From Rhizodiscina lignyota (taxonomy: Eukaryota), in the NCBI GenBank assembly GCA_010015805.1, contig ML978122.1, positions 2,452,453 through 2,516,452 on the forward strand: a stretch of DNA of 64,000 nt. The letters are read 5' to 3'. Every line of letters begins with the position of its first letter. Positions within the stretch are counted from its first letter, which is position 1. Position numbers and translations under genes: made by a program. Of the stretch, positions 13,560-24,902 are shown piece by piece. Below the pieces are notes generated by a model. The model saw only the letters and a list, made by a program, of their open reading frames with translations, ran no database searches and was not told the origin of the DNA.

Positions 13560-14750
13560 TAAGCTTCGATTCAATCATTCTTAGAATTCGCTCTTGCCAT
13601 TTATCCCAACTTGGCGATTTCCAACCGTTTGCACGCACACATTTCTACGAGACGTTTGGAGGCTGCTCGTGCAGGCGGTTTTCACCGTTTTTCGGTGTAA
13701 GCACTTTCAATTTCCCTGCTGATCGAGCTGTCATTTGGTTCGTTATGGGGTCTGCTCGATATACTTACGCTAACTTGGTGAATTCCAAGCACCTGAGCGC
13801 ATACGTATGCGCGACCGGCTCGGAGACTGGTTGTCGAGGCGGTTTGCAACAAGTTTCCAAGTGTAAACGCCGTAAGGCTCCTCGCTGATCGGGCTTTCAT
13901 TTGGCTACAACTGGAGTCTGTTCGACGTGCTTGCGCTGACTTGGTAAGTCCCCAAGGGAGTCGTAGAAGGGCCGGCCGCATGATCTTTCCGTGTAAACGG
14001 TTACGTTCGTGGCTTTCACCCAATTGATCTGATCCGAGAATTTCAAGGTAGAGAGTAGTAGAGGAGCAGAGCAGACAGCGGATTAAGTACTCGTAGAAGG
14101 GCCGATGTCGCCGCTAAATCACTGGCGTGTTTACTCTACTGTCAATGTACCGTAAAACACAGGAAAGTCGCCCATATGTTGGGCTTTCATTCGATTATTT
14201 TAGGAGTCCACTTCTCACGCTTTCGTGGACTTGGTAACTTTCGCGTATTTGCCCGCCATACCGCGTATGAAATGCGTAAGTACTACCTGCGGGCGCGTGG
14301 TTTCTCCAAGGTTCCACTCTAAACACCTTAAGATCTATACCATATTCGCTTCTATTATATTGTAAGCACGCCGTGCACGCAATAAACACACCTGCGAGTT
14401 TAGCTTCTATTGGATTAGTCACGAGATCTGCCCATCATATACGCGCGAACTCAGTAAATTCCACGTGTTTACACGTCGTCTCCCAGACGTATCGCGCGTC
14501 TATAACCGCGCACTCATTTTCCCCTAAGACTCTCCCTCTAAACACACGAAAGTTGTATATGTGTTGAGCTTCAATTTGAGTAATCACGGGATCTGCTCAT
14601 CACGTGGACGCCAATTTAGCAAATCTCACGTGCTTACGCGTCACAAAGGCGACGCGTCGCGCGTCCACCCGCGGACACGTTTTTCCCCTAATGCCCACCT
14701 TCTAAACACGCCAGAGGCGCGCGCGTGTTTAGCTTCAATTCACTTATCAC
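13560..14750. repeat. Degenerate non-coding tandem array, ~165-bp period, about 6 full plus partial units
   Basis: Recurring unit start (A/G/C)GCT(T/G)..ATT at ~13562, 13726, 13892, 14182, 14349, 14402, 14567, 14731; shared internal blocks such as ACTTGGY.A, GCTGATCGRGCT and CTAAACAC. Confidence 0.8.
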
Positions 14751-14825
14751 GTGGGTCCTTACGGCCCTTTCAACATAGCACGTAGTAGATTGGATGGTGA
14801 AAAACATGTCGCTCATTGTTGTGTC

Positions 14826-14955
14826 TAATCAAAAAACAAAAACGCCCAAAAACTACCCAAACCCAAACCCAAACCCAAAAAAACAACCAGAAACCAGAAA
14901 CCAGAAAGAAGAAAAAACCCAAAAAACAACCCAAAAAACAACCAAAAACAACCAA
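14826..14955. repeat. A/C-rich low-complexity tract (U/G-rich in the 3' region of the Ulp1-like gene)
   Basis: (CCCAAA)3, (ACCAGAA)3, CAACC(C)AAAAA repeats. Confidence 0.85.
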
Positions 14956-14996
14956 ACTTTCCATGAAAGCAGGCCGTCGCGAGGTCGCTGCGCCCG

Positions 14997-17980
14997 TTAA
15001 AACAGGTCAAGCTCCCCTCTGAAACCCTCATTGATGAGGGTCGCAGCGACCTGGCGACGACCAGCCGACATGTCCGCCGCACCGAATGCCTTCTTCGGCT
15101 CCAGATCCAGCATCAACGCCAAAGCGTTGAAGCACACAAACACACCGCAGTCGGACCCATTCCGCTGCTGCGGACTCCCCCCGTCCGCCATCCTCCACTC
15201 CCCCGCCACGTACTTCTCGCCAAGCTCTAACGCCAGGTACTTCCTGACGGCCCTGAAGGCATCCCTCGACGGGAGGCCGGCACCGGTTATGCTGTTGAGC
15301 AGCGTAACCTTACGCTGCGTGCCGGAAATCACCAGCAGCAACCAGTGCGACCCCCTGTTGATAGGGATGAAGAGCTGCTCCACCTCGAGCAGGTTGGCTC
15401 CGCCAACCTTGGCACGCTTCGACCACTTCATCACCTTGTCGAAGCCTTCCTCCTGCGACCACTTGTTGGACTCGACAGTCTCCCACCAATTACTGTTGAG
15501 CGTCCAGTAACGTGGCGTCTTGCCCTTGCTGTGGCCGACTTGCTCCAGCTTCCGGTCGATGGCGTGTTGAATGTAGACGTTGATGACCTCGTCATTGAGC
15601 CAGGTGTCGTCCTCGAGCGTCCTGATTGCTGCGGCCGTGAGGCCGGAATTCTTGGTCACTCGGGTCTTATCACCCTTCTCCATTGCCGCGTCGACCTTCT
15701 TAGCCCAATCATGCGAGATTGGGCTGATGAGCTGGATGGTTGCCGGATCTCTGGCCTTAGGAGCGGCTGGTGCGACAGCACGCTCCTTGCCCTTGCCCTT
15801 GCCGTGCACAGCAGCAGCAAGCTCGGTAGGCATTGGAAAGCCGGCGACAGCCTCAGGAACTGTGCTCTTTGGCGCCTCCGGCATGAAGCCGGCGACGTAT
15901 TCAGAAGCACGGCCCTTGGGCGCCTCCAGCTTCTCCCAGCCTTCAAGAGTGGCAGCAAGATCGTCCAGGCTGTTTTTCATGGCCAACTCAAGGTCTTCTT
16001 CGAACTCAAGGTCTTCTTCGAACTCATCATCGGTCTCTTCGGTAAGATCGACGGTATTGGACGGACCGACACTGGTGGCGGGTGCGAGAGTGGCAGCACG
16101 CCTGTGAGAAGGGCCAGAAATGTCTTCAAGAATGATGACGTCTTCATCATGAGTGGCATATTGATCATGAGTGGCATATTGACCATGAGTGGCATATTGA
16201 TCATGAGTGGCATATTGACCATGAGTGGCATATTGATCATGAGTGGCATATTGATCACCAGCGACGGTGTGATCTAGAACGGCGGCGGTCTCTGGAGCGG
16301 CGATCCTTGGACTGATGGTGTCCTCAATGATGGCGGCGATGGTGGCGGCGGTCTCAGCAGCAGTAATATCCTCAATGGCGGCGGTGACGGCGGCGGCCTT
16401 AGCAGCGGCGGCGGCGGCCTTAACGGCGGCCTCAGCGGCGGCCTTAACGGCGGCCTCAGCGGCGGCCTTAGCAGCGACCTCAGCAGCGGCCTCAGCTGCC
16501 TCAGCTGCCTTCCTGGCTGCCCTGCGTTCGATGATTTCGCGCTCAAACTGGGCCATATTGGCGTTATACTCGTCGATCTCGGCCTGCATTTCTGTACCCC
16601 ACTTCGCCCAGATCTCTGCATCCTCCTTCTCCTTGAGGGCCTTCTCTTCCTGGTACTTCCTGTGCCTCTCCATCGCCTCTTCGTCCAATCGGTCTTTCAT
16701 CTGTTGAAGAGTCTCCCCTGGCAGGGCTCGAGGATCGCACAATTCCATCTGGGCGATAGTAGGCATAGGCTCGTCATCTCTCAGATCCTGAAGTCGCTCC
16801 GAAAGTCGCGAGATTTCCGCGTCGACCGTGGCCTCGTCGGCGTCATCCAAGGCATGCATGTCGACATCCACTCCCTTCTCCTTAAGCAGCGACATAGTTC
16901 GGGCAACGTCTGTGTCAAGCTCGTCTTCGTCCATATCGTCGATGTGCTTCAAGCCGCCGTCAACAGCTGAAGTGATCACATTCCAATGCGTATTCTTGAA
17001 CTCAGACCAAGGGAACGGGGTGTACGGTGATAGCACTTCGACCATCTTCTTGCGCCAGCGGACGCTCTTCTTAGCTGCAGGGGTGGATGGCGTCTTGAGC
17101 TTGTTGATGGCGTATTCACGCTTGCTCTTCAGGGTGGGACGCAAGCTGGAGGTCAGAGCAGATTTGGTGCTACGGCGAGGGGTGCCCGAGTAATAAAGAA
17201 GATGTCCAGACGAGTAAACTTTGCCTGTGGGAGGTACGTCTGTGGCAGATACGGTTGTGGCAGGTGCGACTGTGGCAGGTGCGACTGCGACAGGTGCGAC
17301 TGCGGGCGGCACAACTACTGGAGGTATGGTCACGGGGGTGTTGGCCGCGGTGGGTGGTGACTCAAAGTCAGGTATCGGATATGGATAATCCGAGGGGCGT
17401 GGCCTTCCATTCAGTCCATGAATGTGCCAAGGGACTAGGCCATTACGAGGCACTCGTCGAGGTCTGAGCCCTGTGGGGCCGAGTCGATGGAACGCAGGCT
17501 TTGAAGGTCTTGTGTCTATACGCCTTAGTGGGCTGTGCGGCTCGACAGCACGGCGGCGGTTGCCGCTGATAAACTGCGGGATGATTGTGGTTGGTCGGGT
17601 GAAGGCGCGACGCAAGCGTTCGGGGACGGCGTTCAAGACGGCAGTGGAGACTTTGGTGGCGACGTCGGTGAGGCAGCGCATGCTAGTCTGCCAGAAGTGC
17701 GACCATCTGGAGGTGGGGGCGGCGGCATTGCCGAGAGGTGTTTGGGGTGCGGGTGCGGAGGGGGTGTTTGCAGAGGTTGTTGCAACATCTTCGGATCTGT
17801 CGCGCGGAATTGCCGGGTCTTGTTCGGCGAATTGCTCAAAGTCACGTTTTCTTGGCGTCTGGAAAGTGAATCAACACCGTGAGCTCGCGTGCGCGCCAAA
17901 ATTGAAGCACAAAGCAACGCAGCTGCGGGAAAACTTACATTGTCCGGCGGACCTGCCTCGTGGCTCTCGTCAAGATCCAT
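14997..17980 (-). CDS. Ulp1/SENP-family (peptidase C48) SUMO protease with long low-complexity N-terminus
   Basis: WLNDEVIN, PINRGSHW, QQRNGSDCGVF; exon 1 17980-17939, intron 17938-17859 (GTAAGT..CAG), exon 2 in frame with the 894-aa ORF. Confidence 0.88.
16148..16255. repeat. Six 18-bp coding tandem repeats, (D/G)QYATH x6
   Basis: CATGAGTGGCATATTGA(T/C) x6. Confidence 0.95.
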
Positions 17981-19410
17981 GGTGACAAGAAAGCGTGCTT
18001 GCAATTCAGTTCAGTGAAAAGTGTGGCAGTTGCGTACGCGATTGGGAATCCCAAGCGTGCTTGTTGTGAGTTCTTTTGTTGTGCAAGAAAGTTGTAGAAG
18101 GAAGGAAAGTTGGAGAGCTTGGAGCTGTTTTGAACGCAAAGCTTGGCAAAATAGCGCGGCGCTAAACCCGATGGGGGCAGCCGAATGACTTGCAGCTGCC
18201 AAATCTGCGCGGGTCGCCCCGCTAGCGCGAAACTTTGTTTATTCTCCGGGACCGGCTATTGTTCCATTGTTTCGAAGCCGCGTTGAATGGCCATTGTCGG
18301 GGGCAACAGCGCCTTCAGTGAGAGTAAACAATGCGCGCCAGGCCGCCGTTTGGGCAGCAACGGTTCAGGCTGCCCATTGCCTCTTTTTGAGAGAAATGAT
18401 TTACACAGCTACATGATAGCGCTCGGTAGATAGGTGCCACATTAACGTGCGAAATTGAGCCTGCTGCCTTGTCACGCAGCATGATTACATTTATTCTGCG
18501 CCCATAGCGGAGCGAAACCCTTGCGCATGTCTAACAACAATCTTTCCCGAGCCATCGTCGGCTTGTAAATATCTCCCATCGCGGCTCGAGACATGGAGTG
18601 GACATCGCATGTTGCGCGCAGGGATTCACACGTGGGGCAAACGTTCCACGAGATCAGAGACAGGGAGCGGGCCCTGCAGGATCTGCCAGATCTCGCGTGG
18701 CCGCCGTGTCCATGGTTCAGCCAAGCGGTCGGTTCACTCTGCCTGCGCGCTCGCAGGCCTGATCCATGTGCGTGTGGTTGACAGCACAAATCAGCTTCGA
18801 CGGCGAAAATGCCTGACTCGAGCCTCTATTTTCGCGAACCTCGGCCAAAGTGAAGATGATCTCAATCTATAGGTAAAGCCAGGGCTGGAGCTGTCTTATC
18901 TAGAGGATACCGACAGTGATTTACCCTTATCTTGTGCGATTAGAAAAATACCTATTATTGCCGCTATTACAGTCCTCTCATTTTATCAGTCACCAGCGTG
19001 GCTCCCTCCTGTGCAGAGACAAGCTGCGGAAGCAAAATTTTCATCCACCAGTATCTCCCTCACTTTTCTTTATATAAGTACTTAATCTAGTGCATCTCAC
19101 AAGAATCAAATCGACTAGCTCCTGCACTTGCGAAGCGAATGTAGACAGCTCTAGCACTACGGGATTCAAGTCCATCAGGCTCCGCGCAAGCCGATGCAGT
19201 CAACGCCTTCAGTTGCTAAAAGTTCAGAGCAAGGCATTGTAGAACTGCGCTCGACCCAGCATGCGGGATTGTCTGATCGAGCGTGATGGGCGAGCACTGT
19301 GAAAAGAATCTTTAATTTCTTTATTTCTTGAACTACGCACACCGCATTGCCATTTGATCCTCAGCCCGAACCTCAGGCTAATAAGGAGCTGCGACCATAC
19401 TAGGCAAGTT

Positions 19411-19698
19411 TCACCAACACGAGTATCCATTGAGCTGCCTCTCTTCAAGTTGTCTTTCGACGCGCTCCATCCTTCTAGCAATCTGCTCGTTCCGTGCCCT
19501 CTCTCGCTCAACAAAGCCATCGAGTCTGTTTGGCGCATCCGAACTCGACGACGACCCTTCCTCTTTAATCGGCGAGAGTTTATTAACCTTTGAGTGCGGC
19601 GCCTTATGCGTACAGGTGATGCCGTCGCACTGGTCCTGTTTGCATATGGGGCATTCATCCCTACTAACTCGTCGCCTAGGACGCTCATTCATCAGCAT
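19411..19698 (-). CDS. Possible small Cys-cluster/coiled-coil ORF or alternative last exon of the PQ-loop gene
   Basis: CPICKQDQCDGITCTH then ERERARNEQIARRMERVERQLEER; overlaps the PQ-loop stop codon. Confidence 0.35.
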   Translation of the reverse strand: MLMNERPRRRVSRDECPICKQDQCDGITCTHKAPHSKVNKLSPIKEEGSSSSSDAPNRLDGFVERERARNEQIARRMERVERQLEERQLNGYSCW

Positions 19699-20842
19699 TA
19701 TGAACAATGGATAGCTTTGACTTCTTGATTGTCTCGTGCCCTTCATTGCGAGGCCTTCCATTTCCAACTGTCATCGTGCCATTTGAGGATCGTCCGCCTC
19801 CGCCTAGCAAAGGAGTCTGCTCGGTAGACGTCTCATCTTCCGTCTGAGTAGCGTCATCCACAATAGCGCTAGACTCATTTCCATCATCATCATCGACTGA
19901 GTTGTTAAGACCAGCCTCTTCTTCCGCCTTTCGTCGTTTACGATCGCGCAGTTCGAACGTGATGGCCATGACGAGAAGACATCCTTGCAGGAATCCCGTT
20001 ATGACATACACGCCCCAAGCGCTCCATCCCGCCGGTCCCAGCCTGATCGCCAGACTCGCAGCAAAGACGTAGCTCCCGGGCGTCTGTATGCACATCATCG
20101 GGATGCTGAGACTGTACACTGCTTGCAGCTTCCACGTTGTGTATATCTGCGGGAGATACTGTATACACGCCAGCACTGCCGAGCAGACTCCCAATAGGTC
20201 CGCCCAGACCTGCAGTGTCTCTGGAGAATATGCGAACCAGATCAGGGAAATGAATGCGACGAGAAGACAGTGGAGGACTGACACGCCGACAACGACGACG
20301 GCGTCTTGCCAGCGGGGCGCTTTGTGCTCGAAGGGGGAATAAGGGTCGGGCTCTTGTCGGTCGCGAGGGAAGAATATGAGGAAGAGTAACATTCTGATTC
20401 TGTTAGCCCAGAAAAGACTCGACAGGAGGGCCGAAGGCCCCATACATGGCAAAGAAACAGCTCCATTGTACGCCAACTTGCGCTATGCCCAACAGTCCAG
20501 CAGCGCATGAGAAGCCGCTGTTTACCCTGCAGCACTGTACATCTACACGACTCGTTGGCAGTAATATGATGTTCGCGATGGCCGAAGTGCCGGAAGTTGT
20601 CCCCAAGAGGACGAACCAAGGCGAAAGGCCCTCAGAAGAGCGCCGCATAATGATGCGCGCATGTTGCGGGAGGTAAGAGACGAGGATGCCGACGAGAATG
20701 AGTCTAAAGAGATCAGCCTGTGATGAGCCGAACCGTTTGAATGCGAAGCGTACACGGAGAGCGCAAAGTTCCATATATTCGGATTTGCGATGTTGTCGCA
20801 GCGTTCCTGCTTCCAAGTCTCTTTGAGCACTCCGAAGTCCAT
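19685..20842 (-). CDS. PQ-loop repeat membrane protein
   Basis: SYLPQH..RRSSEGLS and IQYLPQIY..SLSIPMMCIQTPG; two introns. Confidence 0.88.
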
Positions 20843-21565
20843 GGCTACTGATGCCGAGTCGGTTCAGTGTCTTGGGCTTCGACCCTTATGTCGGCAGCTA
20901 TGAGACGAGAGCAGGCTTCGGATAAGGCACGGCAGTGTCGGTCGTGTTTGACGGTGTAGAGGCAGTATTCCAGGCTTCGAACGTTTAGTTCAAGCTTGGT
21001 CTGAATGGTGACCGGGGCCAGTCGAGTTTACTGACGTAGTGAGGCAACAAGGAAACGAGCGCAACGATAAGATGGATGTATTATTTTGGAACGTTCGAGA
21101 GAGGGTCTAAGACAGCCATGATGAAGAGAAGACCATCGTTACCCTGGCACGGGAGGTGCAGCAAGAGCTTGCGGTGAGGCTGCAGGAACAAGTCACATCG
21201 CGATGAAAGCACGACAACACACAGCTGGGGCGCTGACGGCGATCATGTGGCCGTAGGCAACTAAAATGTCGAGATTTATGTGGGGATCTCCTCCCAGACA
21301 CTTGCATCTTTCCCTCTCTACCCTCCAAGATGTCGACATTTTAAGTACTGGAATCGTGGATCACGCGCCGGGCCGAGGCGCACAGATCGATGAGACTGAC
21401 ATCCGACACTGCCTGATCCTGAAATATCTCTATTTCGAGAAGGAACGCCCAAAATTGCTGAAGGCTTAATGATTTGAATGAGAAATTGCCGGAGCATTGG
21501 ATCGAATGGTGAAGTGTTAGGATCTGAAGACGAGTTCCAGTCGTCCTCCCGAAGAGGATTTCATC

Positions 21566-23967
21566 ATGAATTTTGAAGAAAAGCTCCTCTCTCTGCCTCA
21601 GGGTAAGCTCCAGCGACACCAAAGATAAACAGGTGCTTACATATGTTAGAACTGCTTGTAATATGGCATGCTCATAGAGCGCTCCTTTTGTTGGCTATTA
21701 TCGCGATCCCCACGTCGATCCGACTGGTGGCGCACCTCAGGAGACGAAGGCAGAAACAGTCCATCTCACCCGACTCAGGCTCTCCATTGGTTGGATTAGA
21801 GGAGAAGGAGATCCTCCTGAAAGACCATGAAATTGTCGATCGGATTCCTGGACTTGACGATGACCATGTTGAGGATTTCACGATTGTCAGACCAGCCCGA
21901 GCACCACGAAGAATCGCTGGATCCAAGATTTCAAAAGACGACACAGAATCTCCTCAGGGGTTTGATCCATCCCATCACAAAATTCAACCAGTTATATTCT
22001 ACTTCTCTCTTGGGGGATCAACGCAAAAGGTTGCACAGAGCTTCGCTGAGGACCTCGAGGAATGGGGACAATCACTCGAGTCGGACGATGCGCTGAAGCC
22101 GCTGAAGCCGCAAGTTCACGACCTATCATACATCGACTATGATGACTTCTTCATAACGCCTCCTAAAAGTGATGCGCGTATCAAACACTTTTACTTAGTT
22201 CTACTGCCAACTTACAACATTGACACAGTTCTTGACAATTTTCTTGAACATCTCCAGGAGACGCACCATGACTTCCGCATTGATACCGCACCATTATCAT
22301 CGCTGTTGGGATATTCTGTATTTGGGTTTGGAGACCAAGAGGATTGGCCGACCGAAGAGGAAGGGTTCTGCTCACAAGCTACAGAGGTAGACAAATGGAT
22401 GGCAAGACTGACAGGTCGTAAGCGAGCATTTCCGGTTGGCATGGGTGATGTGAAGAGTGATTCGATGGAGAGGTTAAAGGAATGGAGGCTTGGTGTTCAG
22501 GATGCGATGAAAGAGATTCTAGAGGGACGTGGGCTTGGAGAAGGCGTGCCTGGTAGTGGGGATGCAGTTGAAAGCGATGAAGGATCCGCTGACGAGTCGG
22601 ACGATGGGAGCGACGAAACGAATATACCAAAAATGCGCCGAAAACGGAAGCAAAAGCCTCTGGTCGACGATCTCGAAGACTTGGGGCGCATGGCGAGGCA
22701 GTCTGCCGCGAACAAAAAGACCCCGCCAGAGAGTAGCGTTCTAGCAGTGGATTTCACGACACACAACAAATCACGAAATGCTGTAGCGCCGTCTCCGAAA
22801 GAAATGGTTCCGAAGACATCACCCACATACGCCGCGTTAACGAAGCAGGGTTACACTATCGTCGGTTCTCATTCTGGCGTCAAAATTTGTAGATGGACCA
22901 AGTCAGCCCTCCGCGGTCGGGGTTCGTGCTACAAATTCTCGTTCTATGGAATCAAATCTCACCTCTGCATGGAGACGACACCATCTCTGTCCTGCAGCAA
23001 CAAATGCGTCTTTTGCTGGCGCCATGGGACGAACCCAGTCGGCACAAGCTGGAGATGGCAAGTTGATCCGCCAGACGAAATATTCAGAGGCGTTAAAGAA
23101 GGCCACTACAAGAAAATCAAGATGCTGAAGGGCGTCCCTGGCGTACGCGCAGAACGGTTTGCCGAAGCCATGAGAATCAGACACTGCGCGTTAAGTCTAG
23201 TCGGCGAGCCAATCTTCTATCCGCATATCAACGAATTCGTCTCGATGCTGCACAACGAGCACATCTCGTCCTTCCTCGTCTGCAACGCTCAGCATCCGGA
23301 TCAACTCGCAGCGCTCAAGCATGTCACTCAGCTCTACGTTTCAATCGACGCGTCGAACAAGGACAGCCTCCGCAAAATCGACCGTCCTCTGCATCGCGAT
23401 TTCTGGGAACGCTTTACACGCTGCCTTGACATTTTGCGTGACAGGCGTTTCATGCAGCGCACGGTGTTCCGGCTCACGCTTGTGAAAGGCTTCAACATCG
23501 ATGATGAGGTCAAGGGTTATGCCGACCTCGTAGAGCGCGGCCTGCCGTGCTTCGTTGAGATCAAGGGGGTCACGTACTGTGGCACATCGACATCTTCCGC
23601 TGCGGGCCTCACGATGCAGAACGTCCCATTCTACCACGAAGTCTGCGATTTCGTCACCGCCCTCGAGGCCGAGTTACAGGCGCGCAACCTGGGATACGGG
23701 ATTGCGGCAGAGCATGCGCATAGCTGCTGCATCTTGATTGCGAGTGATCGGTTCAAGATTGATGGGAAGTGGCATACACTGATTGGTTATGAGAAGTTCT
23801 TCGAATGCTTGGAGAGCGGGAAAGAGTTTGGGCCTGAAGATTATATTGGTGAGCCCACTCCTGAGTGGGCGCTCTGGGGAAATGGAGGGTTTGATCCGAG
23901 GGATGAGAGGGTGGATCGCAAGGGGAGAAAGAAGGAGGCTGTTCAGAACGCGCAGATTGCTGCATGA
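21566..23967 (+). CDS. TYW1: tRNA 4-demethylwyosine synthase (flavodoxin + radical SAM)
   Basis: Flavodoxin YSVFGFGD; CSNKCVFC (CxxxCxxC), HCALSLVGEP, EHAHSCC; probable 5' exon 21566-21602 plus intron 21603-21649. Confidence 0.95.
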
Positions 23968-24677
23968 TCCCAATGTTCGATTTAAAAATACGATGTTGTT
24001 GTCATTCCATCATTAGCTGACACGTTTCGAGCACAAAATGGCGCACATCATGTCCGTGAAAGAGGGATGATAGCATCCCAAAACATTGATGCCCAATCCT
24101 TTTCGATAGGTTGCCTTACCCAAACTGCTCCTGGCGGCTAATACTATTTGAGCGCCAAAAGTAATGCATTTTTCGGAGACTTTCTTGTGCATATCATGCA
24201 ATTCGAATTTTCTGGCCGTTCCTACACTGTATTGCTCGCGGTGATGATGTGCCTTTGCTTAACGCCCGATGCCAAAAACGGAACTGGTGAGAGTTATTTT
24301 CTCCGCGAAATCTCCATCCATTCGCTTCTCCACGACGTCGTTCACAATCAAATATCAGCAATTTACTTGGATTCAAATTGTCTCAGTTTCTTCCCCTCAT
24401 GCCATCTTAGGACTGAGAGATAATCCTGGACATATAGCCTTTCCTTTGCGTCTTACTTCTGCAGTCGCTTGGGTGAACCCAAAAGGTGAGGCGACACCGC
24501 AAGTACAATGCTTTCTATTGGCCCTGAACGATATGTATCCTTCTCAGTATTATCCATCCTGTCTATCCCAAACTCATAAGAAGATCTCTTCTTCGTCATA
24601 CTTTCCCTTCAGACAATTCCGATACGAGTGCCCATCCTTGATCAAACTCCTTCAGATCGACAGGCTCAGCATTCGGG

Positions 24678-24902
24678 ATGTGTTCCGAATACACTCAATC
24701 ATACCATGCTTGCCATACTGAAGTCAAACATACGTTTACGCGCCACATGAAATGCGCCAATGCACTGATCACCGGCATGTGGTGCGCAAACAGAACCATC
24801 CTTGTTGCGGGACAAGCTTATCCAATTCTCATTCCATGTCCTGCATGCACATCGTCCTGCTATACCATCCGTGGTAACGACCTTCACGGTGGCAGAGTCT
24901 AG
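24678..24902 (+). CDS. Small Cys/His-rich protein (MC-x6-Y-x2-C type)
   Basis: MCSEYTQSYHACH...C..C...CPAC; pattern shared with ORFs at 31973 and 32747. Confidence 0.6.
   Translation: MCSEYTQSYHACHTEVKHTFTRHMKCANALITGMWCANRTILVAGQAYPILIPCPACTSSCYTIRGNDLHGGRV

Noticed and set aside
13560..14750. CRISPR-like interpretation of the array
   Set aside because: Whole units are homologous; no identical repeats with unique spacers; no cas genes; eukaryotic context
14855..14880. (CCCAAA)n resembling telomere repeat
   Set aside because: Not CCCTAA, only three copies, embedded in a 3' low-complexity tract
14770..15082. Lys/Gln/Asn-rich and Phe/Gly/Trp-rich ORFs
   Set aside because: Artefacts of the A/C low-complexity tract
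15345..16277. 310-aa + strand ORF with MSGILI repeats
   Set aside because: Antisense shadow of the GC-rich Ulp1-like CDS
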